Positions 20,451 to 29,993 of a stretch of DNA of 58,804 nucleotides are shown in pieces. The notes beneath the pieces were generated by a model, which worked only from the letters and a program-made list of their open reading frames with translations, was not told the origin of the DNA and made no database searches. A program made the translations under genes and the position numbers. Origin of the DNA: Limnohabitans sp. Its GTDB lineage: Bacteria > Pseudomonadota > Gammaproteobacteria > Burkholderiales > Burkholderiaceae_C. The stretch lies in NCBI GenBank assembly GCA_024641725.1, contig JAHECM010000002.1:1-58804 (forward strand), written 5' to 3'. Each line of letters starts with the position of its first letter. Within the stretch, counting starts at the first letter, position 1.

Positions 20451-21151
20451 GGCGCACTCCTGAATTGGGCCATGTCCACACGACGTGTGGCCACGGCAGC
20501 AGCCACGTAGGCATCATGAAAAATACCAACCACCGCAGCACCACGCTCGATGGCTTCGTCGATGAGTTCGATCACAGTTTGCGTATTGACGCTGTCCAGA
20601 GATGCTGTCGGTTCATCCAGCAGCAGGATGGGACGAGGCTTGATCATGTTGCGAGCAATATTGATGCGTTGTTGTTCACCGCCAGAGAATGTCGCTGGTG
20701 GCAAAGACCACAGCCTCTCGGGAATACGCAAACGGCTGAGCCAGGCTCGTGCTTGCTCACGCGCAAAGGCCAAGTCTGTGGTGTGGTCGCTCCCATCACC
20801 GAGCAGCGCCTCGGCCACCACATCAAGCGCCGAAACCCGAGGAATCACGCGCAGGAACTGGCTGACATAACCCACCGTGTCCTGGCGCATGCGCACCAAC
20901 TCGCGCGGCGTGGCGCTGCACAGCTCCAACAGACTGCCATTGGCCAGCTGCACCTCAATTTGTCCGGTTGTGGCTCGGTAATTGGCGTAAATGAGTTTGA
21001 GCAAGGTGCTTTTTCCCATGCCCGATGGACCATCCAGCACAAGGCATTCGCCCGGCCCCACCGACAGATTGACCTGATTGAGCACGTGCAGTGCCGTGCC
21101 GTTTTGGTGGTGCAGCGTGAATCGCTTGGAAACATTTTTCAGTTGCAACAT
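20447..21151 (-). CDS. phnL: C-P lyase subunit PhnL
   Basis: KRFTLHHQ, YVSQFLRVIPR, PATFSGGEQQR. Confidence 0.96.
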   Translation of the reverse strand: MLQLKNVSKRFTLHHQNGTALHVLNQVNLSVGPGECLVLDGPSGMGKSTLLKLIYANYRATTGQIEVQLANGSLLELCSATPRELVRMRQDTVGYVSQFLRVIPRVSALDVVAEALLGDGSDHTTDLAFAREQARAWLSRLRIPERLWSLPPATFSGGEQQRINIARNMIKPRPILLLDEPTASLDSVNTQTVIELIDEAIERGAAVVGIFHDAYVAAAVATRRVDMAQFRSAP

Positions 21152-21182
21152 GGTGTGTGCTCGACAAGTGCGGGCCAGCGCA

Positions 21183-21971
21183 TCAAGGTTGTAAAACCGA
21201 AGACACCAGCAATTGGGTGTAAGGATGCTGGGGGTCGTCCAGCAGCTGATCGGTCAGCCCGGCCTCCACCACTTTGCCGCGTTGCATGACGATCATGCGG
21301 TGCGCAAGCAGCCGAGCTACGGCCAGATCGTGGGTGACAATGACCACTGCCAACTGCATCTGCCGGGTGAGTTGACGAAGCATGTCGAGCAGACGCGCCT
21401 GCACCGACACGTCCAAGCCGGAGGTGGGCTCATCCATGAACACCAGACGCGGGTGGGTGACCAAGTTACGCGCGATTTGCAGACGCTGGCGCATACCCCC
21501 AGAAAAAGTGCGAGGCGCATCGTCAATTCGAGCCGCATCGATTTCCACACGCTGCAGCCAGTCTTGCGCGGTGTTTCGCAGCTGCCCGTAATGCCGCTGA
21601 CCCAACCCCATGAGACGCTCGCCGACGTTGGCACCAGCCGACACATCCATGCGCAAACCATCGGCCGGGTTCTGATGCACAAATCCCCAGTCGGTGCGCG
21701 CCAAAAGGCGTTGCTGCGCTTCGCTCATGGCATAGATGTCTTGCAACTTGCCCTCGCGCGACAAAAATTCGACCAGACCATTGTCTGGTCGACTGCGGGC
21801 GGCAATGGCATTGAGCAAAGTGGTTTTACCCGAGCCAGACTCACCGACCACGGCCATCACTTCACCAGGCCACAGCTCAAAGCTGGCCTCTTGCAGCACC
21901 ACCCGCTCGCCATAGCGTTTTCCCACCCCTTGCACACGCAACAAAGGCAAGGTGTTGTCAAGGGTTTGCAT
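21183..21971 (-). CDS. phnK: C-P lyase subunit PhnK
   Basis: RTDWGFVHQNP.DGLR, FSGGMRQR, HPYTQLLVSS. Confidence 0.96.
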   Translation of the reverse strand: MQTLDNTLPLLRVQGVGKRYGERVVLQEASFELWPGEVMAVVGESGSGKTTLLNAIAARSRPDNGLVEFLSREGKLQDIYAMSEAQQRLLARTDWGFVHQNPADGLRMDVSAGANVGERLMGLGQRHYGQLRNTAQDWLQRVEIDAARIDDAPRTFSGGMRQRLQIARNLVTHPRLVFMDEPTSGLDVSVQARLLDMLRQLTRQMQLAVVIVTHDLAVARLLAHRMIVMQRGKVVEAGLTDQLLDDPQHPYTQLLVSSVLQP

Positions 21972-22425
21972 GTTCGATCTCGATCACAAAACTGAAGCCG
22001 TGACGCTGAAAGCCCAAGGACTCGTAAAAGGCATGGGCCGCTTGGCGTTTCTGGTTGGACGACAGGACGAGCTTGTAGCAAGCGCTTTGCTGCGCCAGCA
22101 ACATGGCATGTTGCATCATCTGTCGGCCAATGCCTTGGCCGTGCCGGTTCGGGTGAACAACCACATCTTCCACAATGGCAGAGGAACTGCCCAGATGTCC
22201 CAAGTTGTGCATGATCAGCAGCGCGTAAGTTCCAACCACTTCGCCCGAGGCGTCGCCATCGCAAGACACGAAAAGGCGGTAACTGGGATAACGCTGAAAC
22301 TGGGCCCATACCTGCTCGGCATCGGCAAGCGACAAGACACGGCCATCGTCCATCGCGGGTTGGGCATACAAGGCCAGCACGGCAGGCAGATCGGCCTTGA
22401 GCGCCTCACGAATCCAAAGACTCAT
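21958..22425 (-). CDS. GNAT acetyltransferase (PhnO-like) inside the C-P lyase operon
   Basis: VEDVVV..RHGQGIGR, CYKLVLSSN.KR..AHAFYE; overlaps phnJ stop and phnK start. Confidence 0.8.
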   Translation of the reverse strand: MSLWIREALKADLPAVLALYAQPAMDDGRVLSLADAEQVWAQFQRYPSYRLFVSCDGDASGEVVGTYALLIMHNLGHLGSSSAIVEDVVVHPNRHGQGIGRQMMQHAMLLAQQSACYKLVLSSNQKRQAAHAFYESLGFQRHGFSFVIEIEHANP

Positions 22426-23333
22426 GACGATTCTCCGGGCAAGGATAAAGCGCTGTCGTCCTGGCGGCTTTGGCAGTAATCCGAATCCGAGCACACATGC
22501 ATGCGGCCACCGGCATCGTCGGTGATGACCTCGTCCAGGAAGGAGTCTTCAGCACCGCACAGTGCGCAGACAGCATGCCATTTCTGCACCTCAAAGGGAT
22601 GGTCTTCAAAAGCCAGACTCTCAACCACCGTATATGGCGGCACCGCGTAAATGCGTTTTTCACGGCCTGCACCAAACAACTGAAGCGCTGGGTTCATGTG
22701 CAACTTCGGGTTATCGAACTTGGGGATTGGCGAGGGCGACATGATGTACCGGTGGTTCACCATCACAGGGTAGTCGTAGGTGGTGGCGATGTGGCCATAG
22801 CGCGCGATATCCTCATAGAGCTTCACATGCATGAGGCCGTATTCGGCTAGACCGTGCAGGGTGCGTGTTTCGGATTCGCGGGGCTCCAAACGCTGCATGG
22901 GCTCGGGGACAGGCACCTGGTAAACGATGATTTGGCCTTCCACCAACGGTTTTTCTGGAATGCGGTGGCGTGTCTGGATCAGCGTTGCTTCGTGTGTACG
23001 GGTGGTCGTGCGCACCCCAGCAGTTCTTTCAAAAAAACGGCGGATGTTGACCGCATTGACCGTGTCGTCTGAGCCCTGGTCAATCACCTTCAGGGCGTCG
23101 TCAGGTCCGATCACCGAGGCCGTGACCTGGATGCCCCCCGTCCCCCAACCGTAAGGCAGTGGCATTTCGCGCGAACCAAAAGGGACCTGATAGCCGGGAA
23201 TAGCCACCGCCTTGAGCAAGGCACGACGGATCATGCGCTTGGTGCGTTCGTCCAGGTAGGCGAAATTCACTTCTGGACCCGTACCCTGCTCGCCCACAGG
23301 CAACAGTTCCGTCACATCTTGCGCAGCAGTCAT
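22422..23333 (-). CDS. phnJ: C-P lyase radical SAM subunit
   Basis: NFAYLDE, YGWGTGG, CALCG...CSDSDYC. Confidence 0.98.
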   Translation of the reverse strand: MTAAQDVTELLPVGEQGTGPEVNFAYLDERTKRMIRRALLKAVAIPGYQVPFGSREMPLPYGWGTGGIQVTASVIGPDDALKVIDQGSDDTVNAVNIRRFFERTAGVRTTTRTHEATLIQTRHRIPEKPLVEGQIIVYQVPVPEPMQRLEPRESETRTLHGLAEYGLMHVKLYEDIARYGHIATTYDYPVMVNHRYIMSPSPIPKFDNPKLHMNPALQLFGAGREKRIYAVPPYTVVESLAFEDHPFEVQKWHAVCALCGAEDSFLDEVITDDAGGRMHVCSDSDYCQSRQDDSALSLPGESS

Positions 23334-24448
23334 GGCTGACCTTTGTCTGTCAACGCATCGACGGACGCGCGCATTTTTCGAACCAGCTCCAGCTCAGACT
23401 GAAAGTCCACGTAATGCGGCAATTTCAAGTGCTGAACAAAGCCCGAGGCTTCCAGGCTGTCGCTGTGAGAAAGCACAAATTCCTGCATCTGAGCGGGTGA
23501 CTCGATGGCCTCACCCAACTCATCTGCACGCAATGCTCGATCCACCAAACTCATGGCCATGGCCTTGCGCTCGCTGTGACCAAAGGCCAGGCCATAGCCT
23601 CGGGTGAATTGGGGTGGTTCTGTTTTGCTGCCACCAAACTGGTTCACCATTTCACACTCTGTGATCTCGATGTCACCGATCGAAATTGAGAAACCCAACT
23701 CTTCAGGCACCAACTCGACAGCCAGCTGACCCATGCGAATTTCACCCACAAAGGGATGGGTGTGAGAATAGCCACGCTGGGTTGAGTAGGCCATGGCCAG
23801 TAAGAAGCCTTCATCGCCACGCGCCAGGTTTTGCAGCCTGGTGGCCCGGTCTGCTGGAAAACGCAGTGGCTCGCGTGTCAGGTCCATGGGCGCAGGATCG
23901 TTTGCCGGACAGGGCTGCATTTCGATCAAGCCTTCTTGGTTGAGCAAATCCACCACACGTGGCACCGTTGCAGGGGATACTCCCTCGGCGGGGCTCAAGC
24001 CAGAGCACTGCGAATCTGGCTGTGCCACCTCATGATCAACCTGGGCAAGCAAGGTGAAGTCCAGCAAGCGCTGTGTGTAGTCGTAAGTGGGGCCTAGAAC
24101 CTGCCCACCCGGCACATCCTTGAAAGTGGCGGAAATGCGGCGGTCCAGTTGCATGCGAGATGTATCCAAAGCACAGGTGTTACCCAAACGGGGCAATGTG
24201 GCACGGTACGCGCGCAACAGGAAAATCGATTCAACCAAGTCGCCACTGGCTTGCTTGATGGCCAAAGCGGCCAGCTCAGGGTCGTAAACCGATCCTTCTG
24301 TCATCACCCGGTCAACCGACAGTTTGAGCTGATGACGGATTTGGGCAACACTCAATTCGGGATGAACCTTGTCACCACGGCGCTGCTCTTCAAGCAATCG
24401 GTAACTGCCCAAAATAGCGGATTCCCCCCCCTTGACGGCAACGTACAT
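23330..24448 (-). CDS. phnI: C-P lyase subunit PhnI
   Basis: MYVAVKGGE, RRISATFKDVPGGQ, HLKLPHYVDFQ. Confidence 0.98.
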   Translation of the reverse strand: MYVAVKGGESAILGSYRLLEEQRRGDKVHPELSVAQIRHQLKLSVDRVMTEGSVYDPELAALAIKQASGDLVESIFLLRAYRATLPRLGNTCALDTSRMQLDRRISATFKDVPGGQVLGPTYDYTQRLLDFTLLAQVDHEVAQPDSQCSGLSPAEGVSPATVPRVVDLLNQEGLIEMQPCPANDPAPMDLTREPLRFPADRATRLQNLARGDEGFLLAMAYSTQRGYSHTHPFVGEIRMGQLAVELVPEELGFSISIGDIEITECEMVNQFGGSKTEPPQFTRGYGLAFGHSERKAMAMSLVDRALRADELGEAIESPAQMQEFVLSHSDSLEASGFVQHLKLPHYVDFQSELELVRKMRASVDALTDKGQP

Positions 24449-24449
24449 G

Positions 24450-25067
24450 TCACGGCTCCCTTGTAGACAAGATTTGAGTCGAGCGGGGCAAACCAGCCAC
24501 CTGTTTGGCAGTGGCTAAAAACAAATCCACACCTCGGGGGAATTTGCTGTGGTTATCGGCCCATTGCTGCTCAAAGTCACTGGGCAACCCAGTCACTTTC
24601 AACTGCCGTGTCAGGGCAATCCCCGGACCTTGCAGCAACCAACCGCTTGCATCTGCCTGCAAATCCTGCACCTCGATCACGCACGTGGCCGCCTGGTCAG
24701 GACAGGTGTCAGTGCCCATGCGCAAGTCCTGCAAAGCGGGCATTGAATCACCGTGAGCCACCCAAAGGAACTGCGCTTGAGCGACATCACGGGTCAGCTG
24801 GCAGCCCGTGTGAAACCGCAACCAAGCAGCGGCATCACTGTGCACCAGCGCAGATGACAACCAAAGCGTGGTGTCAGCATCCAACAACCCCAACAACAAT
24901 GCTGCAGCGGCGCCGTGGCCTTGTGCAGGCAATGCGGTGTCAAGGGGCAGGTTACAGGGTCGACCGGGATGCGACAAGGCATCGAGTGCGGCGCGGAAAA
25001 CCGCCTGGCTGCCAAATGCTTCGTTGTGAAAGCCCGCAACCATTTGACTAAGCTGGGGGGTGTTCAT
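24450..25067 (-). CDS. phnH: C-P lyase subunit PhnH
   Basis: QAVFRA..ALSHPG, WLRFHTG, GPGI, FPRGVD, GLPRST. Confidence 0.95.
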   Translation of the reverse strand: MNTPQLSQMVAGFHNEAFGSQAVFRAALDALSHPGRPCNLPLDTALPAQGHGAAAALLLGLLDADTTLWLSSALVHSDAAAWLRFHTGCQLTRDVAQAQFLWVAHGDSMPALQDLRMGTDTCPDQAATCVIEVQDLQADASGWLLQGPGIALTRQLKVTGLPSDFEQQWADNHSKFPRGVDLFLATAKQVAGLPRSTQILSTREP

Positions 25068-25582
25068 TCGACCTCTGCCTCTTCGCTATCTCCCGCTTCG
25101 CGGGCAACGGTCAAAAAATCCACCTTGGTGGTCTGAGCGCGTTGATGCCGTTGCCATTGAATTTTTTCGAGGTATTGACGAACCGGCTCCAGCAAGGACA
25201 GCTGCAACGCCTCATGGCGCGTGGGGTCTTGCAGCAGGGCATCTGCCAAAGCGGCCAGTCGGGCCTGCCGATGGTTTCGCCCCAGCACGTAGGAGACGCC
25301 GACTGCACTGCTGCCAACATCGTGAGCCAAGCGAAGGGCACAACGAGTGACAGTGATTTCACCGACATTGAAACGCTCGCCTGTTCCACCAATCCGACCT
25401 TGCACCATCATCAGACCCGTTTCTGGACGTCGCAGCCACTGTGGTGTCAGCGCAGCATCAACGGCCAAAGCCGACTCGAGCAAGTCCTCAGGTGCACGGG
25501 CCAAAAGCGCTATCCACTGTTGCCTTTGCGCGTGCTGACTCTCCCCTTCAATGGACACATCACTGTCAAACGCATGAAACAT
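25064..25582 (-). CDS. phnG: C-P lyase subunit PhnG
   Basis: RPETGLMMVQGRIGGTGERFNVGEITVTR, TKVDFLTVAR. Confidence 0.95.
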   Translation of the reverse strand: MFHAFDSDVSIEGESQHAQRQQWIALLARAPEDLLESALAVDAALTPQWLRRPETGLMMVQGRIGGTGERFNVGEITVTRCALRLAHDVGSSAVGVSYVLGRNHRQARLAALADALLQDPTRHEALQLSLLEPVRQYLEKIQWQRHQRAQTTKVDFLTVAREAGDSEEAEVE

Positions 25583-25629
25583 CGTTGTGGCACCCTGTCA
25601 CTTGGCTAAATAATTCCAACAAGCTTTTG

Positions 25630-25663
25630 AGCATAGGCAAACCTTGTGTAGCTTTCATGACAA
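25630..25663 (-). promoter_or_regulatory. Pho box and -10 for the phnG operon
   Basis: Minus strand TTGTCAT-gaaa-GCTACAC, 10 bp, TATGCT. Confidence 0.7.
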
Positions 25664-25899
25664 AACTACTCTCGCCCTTCCAGCAGCATCACTGCGACCA
25701 AGAAGCGTCTCAACACAGCCCACCGCGCGACAGCATCTGGCGTCGAAAAGTCCACAACTGGGCTTTGCCCACTGGATACACGAGCGACGGCATTTCGCAC
25801 CGTGTGAATGTGGTCGCGCAATTCGTACACATTGAATGTCCATTCACTTGGTTTAAGTGTGATTGTTGGACCTTGAGCACTCAGCACCATGAATACTGA
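25657..25899 (+). pseudogene. phnF: Degenerate, internally deleted phnF (GntR/UTRA repressor) remnant
   Basis: 80-codon ORF in the usual phnF position; RDSIWRR resembles the PhnF start and VNVVAQFVHIECPFTWFKCDCWTLS resembles the UTRA C-terminus; stop overlaps the DUF1045 start. Confidence 0.6.
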
Positions 25900-26611
25900 A
25901 ACCACCAGAGCCGAATTGCCTTACCGCTGCGCGGTGTACTTTGCACCCACAACCGACACCGATGAATGGCAGCTTGGCAGCCAATGGCTTGGCCGCTGTG
26001 CAGCAACAGGTCAAACATTGCCACAACCTGACATAGCCGGAGTAGAGAAATCTACACTCATGGCCTGCACGGCAGAGCCGCGCCGATATGGCTGGCACGC
26101 CACGCTCAAAGCCCCCTTCTCACTGGCACCTGATCAGGACATGGCATCAACAATCCAAGCCCTGCGGCGACTGGCCGACACTTTGCCATCGTTCACTCTG
26201 CCCCCCTTGCGGGTGAGCACATTGGGTCAGTTTTTGGCGTTGCGTCCAGAAGGTGACATGCAAAAAATACAAAGCCTCGCTGCAGCCTGTGTCAAGCAAC
26301 TGCACCATTTGGCCCTGCCGCTGAGTGATGCTCAATTGGCACGCCGAAGGCAAACTGCGTTGTCGCCATCTCAAGACCTTATGCTTCAAACTTGGGGCTA
26401 CCCATGGGTGTTGGATCATTTCCGCTTTCACTTATCACTCACAGGACCACTTGATAAACTGCCTCTTGAAGTAAGGGTCGCCTTGATTGAGGCAGCACAA
26501 AGGCGATTCCACGCCCTTCCTGCTTGGCACTTTGAACACATCGCCCTTTTTGTAGAACCTCACCCTGGCGCTGACTTTGAACTCGTGGAACACATGGAGT
26601 TAAGAGGATGA
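25889..26611 (+). CDS. DUF1045 2H-phosphoesterase family protein
   Basis: RCAVYFAP, PRRYGWHATLKAPF, WGYPWV..FRFHLSLTG (two HxT/S motifs). Confidence 0.9.
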   Translation: MNTETTRAELPYRCAVYFAPTTDTDEWQLGSQWLGRCAATGQTLPQPDIAGVEKSTLMACTAEPRRYGWHATLKAPFSLAPDQDMASTIQALRRLADTLPSFTLPPLRVSTLGQFLALRPEGDMQKIQSLAAACVKQLHHLALPLSDAQLARRRQTALSPSQDLMLQTWGYPWVLDHFRFHLSLTGPLDKLPLEVRVALIEAAQRRFHALPAWHFEHIALFVEPHPGADFELVEHMELRG

Positions 26612-27165
26612 GCCAAGGTCTGATTTATGTTGTGGGACCCTCTGGCGCTGGCAAAGACAGCGTCTTGAATTGGCTCATGCAGCATCTGCCCGAAAATTTA
26701 CCGGTGCACTGGGCACGCAGAACCATCACTCGGCCCTGCACATCCGGTTCCGAAATGCATGAAACAATGACCGAGTCCGATTTCAATCGGGTACTGGCAG
26801 ATGGTGGTTTTGCAATGTCCTGGCAAGCCAATCGGCTGCACTATGGCATTCGCCATCGCGAACTGCAAAGCCTGTCCAGCGGTCGTTGGGTTGTGGTCAA
26901 TGGATCAAGGGCGTACTTGGCGCAGGCACAGCTGCGTTGGCAGGGTATGCAGGTTGTTCACATTACGGCCCATACAGACACGCTCGCACAAAGGCTCGTG
27001 AGTCGCCAACGCGAAACCTCTGAAGAAATCGCGCAACGCATCGCACGAGCCCAGGCTTTTGATGCCCCAGTGGATGCGATTGAAATACACAACAATGGCA
27101 CTTTGGAACAAGCGGGCTTGCAGTTGCTTACGGCATTGCAAAAACTTCTTAACAAGCCGGCCTAA
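26608..27165 (+). CDS. phnN: Ribose 1,5-bisphosphokinase
   Basis: VVGPSGAGKDS, RRTITRP, W.AN.LHYGI, VVNGSR. Confidence 0.93.
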   Translation: MSQGLIYVVGPSGAGKDSVLNWLMQHLPENLPVHWARRTITRPCTSGSEMHETMTESDFNRVLADGGFAMSWQANRLHYGIRHRELQSLSSGRWVVVNGSRAYLAQAQLRWQGMQVVHITAHTDTLAQRLVSRQRETSEEIAQRIARAQAFDAPVDAIEIHNNGTLEQAGLQLLTALQKLLNKPA

Positions 27166-27193
27166 AAAACCCAATCACGGCTGAGCCACAAAA

Positions 27194-27222
27194 CTGACAC
27201 ACCAAAGTCACACCGCTGCAAC
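27194..27222 (+). promoter_or_regulatory. Pho-box-like repeats upstream of ugd
   Basis: CTGACAC-acca-AAGTCAC-accg-CTGCAAC at 11-bp period. Confidence 0.6.
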
Positions 27223-27262
27223 GTGAACCGATGACCATCCCTTCATCACAGATGGGGTCATC

Positions 27263-28735
27263 ATGAAAATCACAGTGGTAGGTGCAGGTTATGTGGGGCT
27301 GGTGACAGCAGCTTGTTTGGCCAAGTTGGGCGTCAAAGTGGTCTGTCTGGACAAAGACATTTTTCGAGTCCAGATGTTATCCAAAGGCCAAGTGCCCATT
27401 TATGAGCCAGGACTGAACGAGCTTCTCAGCCAAAATTTGGCAGAAGGTCGCCTCCAATTCACCACCGACGCGCAAATGGCGATTGAACACGCAGAGGCCG
27501 TCTTCATTGCTGTGGGCACGCCCCCCCAAGAAGATGGATCAGCCGATCTGAGCCATGTTCTGACCGTTGCTGGCTTGATCGGGCAGTACATGACCGAACA
27601 CAAGCTGGTGATCAACAAGTCAACCGTCCCCGTCGGCACCGCCGACAAAGTCCGCCAAGTCATTGCAACCGCGCTCGCGGCGCGTGAACGAACCGACCTG
27701 AGCCACGACGTGGTCTCCAATCCGGAGTTCTTGAAAGAAGGTGCAGCCATTGATGACTTCATGCACCCCGACCGGATTGTGGTGGGCATCGACGAAGGCC
27801 CGCATGCCGCGCACAGCAAACGGTTATTGCAATCGCTGTATGCCAGCTTCAACCGCCACCACGAACGCATGGTCTGGATGGATGTGCGCAGCGCCGAATT
27901 GACCAAATATGCCGCCAACGCCATGCTGGCCACGCGCATTTCCTTCATGAACGAGATCGCACAGTTGGCCGACAGCCTGGGCGCAGACATCGACAAAGTG
28001 CGCCGAGGCATTGGTTCAGACAGCCGCATTGGCCCCAGTTTTTTGTATGCAGGCTGTGGTTATGGCGGCAGCTGCTTTCCCAAAGACACCCGCGCACTGG
28101 TTCAAGCTGCCAGCGAACAGGGGCTTGAGATGGAAATGGTTCAAGCGACCGAAAAAGTCAATGCAAAACAAAAATTACGCCTGGTCGAGCGGTTGCTGCA
28201 AATCTATGGCCCTGACTTGACAGGTCTGAAGGTTGCCGTCTGGGGTTTGGCCTTCAAACCCAACACAGACGATGTGCGCGAGGCCACCAGCCGTGTACTG
28301 ATCCGCAGGCTCTTAGAACTTGGCGCCGAAGTTGCTGGGTTTGATCCCGTTGCCGGGCAAGAAACTTTGGATGCTTTGCGAACAGATTGCACAGATCAAC
28401 CGGCATTGTTGCAGGGCTTCAAATTGGCCGAATGCGAAATGCAAGCGCTCGAAGACGCAGATGTTCTGATGGTGGTGACCGAATGGAAGTTGTTCCAGAA
28501 TCCTGACTTTGAGGCCATGAAAAAAAGCATGCGTCTTCCTTGCATCTTGGATGGGCGCAACCTGTACGACCCACAAGATCTTCAGGCCATGGGCATCGCC
28601 TACCAAGGTATTGGTCGCGGCAACAGCCTGTTCAAAGAGCTGGCCGCCATGCACCAGCACTGGGATCCACTGCACAGCAGCAGCGAGCGGACTGCTGTAG
28701 CAGCGCGTCATTTGGCTGAATTTGTCAGCCGTTGA
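27263..28735 (+). CDS. ugd: UDP-glucose 6-dehydrogenase
   Basis: GAGYVG, KSTVPVGT, NPEFLKEG, GYGGSCFPKD, GLAFKP, DGRN. Confidence 0.93.
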   Translation: MKITVVGAGYVGLVTAACLAKLGVKVVCLDKDIFRVQMLSKGQVPIYEPGLNELLSQNLAEGRLQFTTDAQMAIEHAEAVFIAVGTPPQEDGSADLSHVLTVAGLIGQYMTEHKLVINKSTVPVGTADKVRQVIATALAARERTDLSHDVVSNPEFLKEGAAIDDFMHPDRIVVGIDEGPHAAHSKRLLQSLYASFNRHHERMVWMDVRSAELTKYAANAMLATRISFMNEIAQLADSLGADIDKVRRGIGSDSRIGPSFLYAGCGYGGSCFPKDTRALVQAASEQGLEMEMVQATEKVNAKQKLRLVERLLQIYGPDLTGLKVAVWGLAFKPNTDDVREATSRVLIRRLLELGAEVAGFDPVAGQETLDALRTDCTDQPALLQGFKLAECEMQALEDADVLMVVTEWKLFQNPDFEAMKKSMRLPCILDGRNLYDPQDLQAMGIAYQGIGRGNSLFKELAAMHQHWDPLHSSSERTAVAARHLAEFVSR

Positions 28736-28739
28736 GCGA

Positions 28740-29966
28740 ATGCCCAAAGGTTTTTACCGACTGATCAGCGCACAGTTTTTCTCTGGTCTGGGTGACAACG
28801 CCCTGATGATTCTGGGTATCTTTTTTTTGCGTGAGCAGGGCTACCCGGGCTGGTGGTCTCCACTGCTGAAGTTTTCCTTCACATTGGCCTATGTTTTGCT
28901 AGCGCCGTTGATGGGCCCCTTGGCCGATGCGTTCGCAAAGCCACGACTCATGGCCTTGATGAACGGACTGAAGATCGCTGGACTGCTGCTGCTGGTGTCC
29001 GGTATGCATCCGCTGTTGTGCTTTGCCCTGATGGGCATGGCCGCGGCAGCCTATGCCCCAGCCAAATACGGCCTGGTCACCGAATCTGTGCCACCCAGTT
29101 TGCTGATCCGCGCCAATGCCTGGCTGGAGGTCAGCGTTGTGATGTCGGTGATTCTGGGGGCTGCACTGGGTGGCTTGCTGATACAACTGAGCCTGCGCTG
29201 GCCCATTTTGGACAGCCTGTCATGGGGTATGTGGACATCGATTCGCAATGCATTTTTAGGTGTGCTCTGCGTTTACCTGATAGCCAGCGTGCTCAATGTG
29301 GGGCTGCCCTTGGGACGTTTCGAGCGTCCTCGGGAAGCGATCACGCGCTCGGCCATATCTTGGAGAAGCTTCTGGGTGTACCAACGCATTCTGTGGCGAG
29401 ACCCGCTGGGTCAAATCAGCTTGTTCGTCACCACCTTGTACTGGGGCGTGGGGGCCACACTGCCCTTTTTGGTTCTGCTGTGGGCCGACCAGGCCCTCGG
29501 ACTCCCCATCCAGCAAGCTGCCTACCTGCAAGCACTTGTCGCTGTGGGTGTGATTTTTGGTGCGCTTGCTGCCGCTCGTCTGTACCGCTTGCACACTGCG
29601 CGCAAAGCCATCCAGATGGGTTGGCTGTTGGTGGTTTTGCTGCCCCTTATCGCTTGGGTCGACACGCTCTGCTTGGGACTGCCCATGCTGCTGCTGGCAG
29701 GAGCCGCAGGCGGCTTGTTGCTGGTGCCGATGAACGGATTGCTCCAATACCGAGGCTTCAAGCTGCTGTCTGCAGGCCGCTCTATTGCTGTACAAGGCTT
29801 CAACGAAAACCTCAGCGTGTTGATCATGCTGGGGGCCTACAGCGCCATGCTGGCTGTTGATTGGCCACTGTGGGTCATCATGACGTTGTTCTCACTTGTG
29901 ATGGCAGCGGGTACAGGATTCGTGTGCCTGAACATGCACCAAAACGTGCAGCGGCGGCAAAGATGA
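28740..29966 (+). CDS. lplT: Lysophospholipid transporter LplT-like MFS protein
   Basis: AQFFSGLGDN, PAKYG, TTLYWG, VPMN..LQ.RG..LSAGRSIAVQGFNEN. Confidence 0.85.
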   Translation: MPKGFYRLISAQFFSGLGDNALMILGIFFLREQGYPGWWSPLLKFSFTLAYVLLAPLMGPLADAFAKPRLMALMNGLKIAGLLLLVSGMHPLLCFALMGMAAAAYAPAKYGLVTESVPPSLLIRANAWLEVSVVMSVILGAALGGLLIQLSLRWPILDSLSWGMWTSIRNAFLGVLCVYLIASVLNVGLPLGRFERPREAITRSAISWRSFWVYQRILWRDPLGQISLFVTTLYWGVGATLPFLVLLWADQALGLPIQQAAYLQALVAVGVIFGALAAARLYRLHTARKAIQMGWLLVVLLPLIAWVDTLCLGLPMLLLAGAAGGLLLVPMNGLLQYRGFKLLSAGRSIAVQGFNENLSVLIMLGAYSAMLAVDWPLWVIMTLFSLVMAAGTGFVCLNMHQNVQRRQR

Positions 29967-29993
29967 AGCTCCGAGTTCAGGCCTCAATACAGA

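Noticed and set aside
25666-25905. 79-aa minus-strand ORF in the phnG-DUF1045 gap
   Set aside because: No motifs; the plus-strand phnF remnant explains the region better
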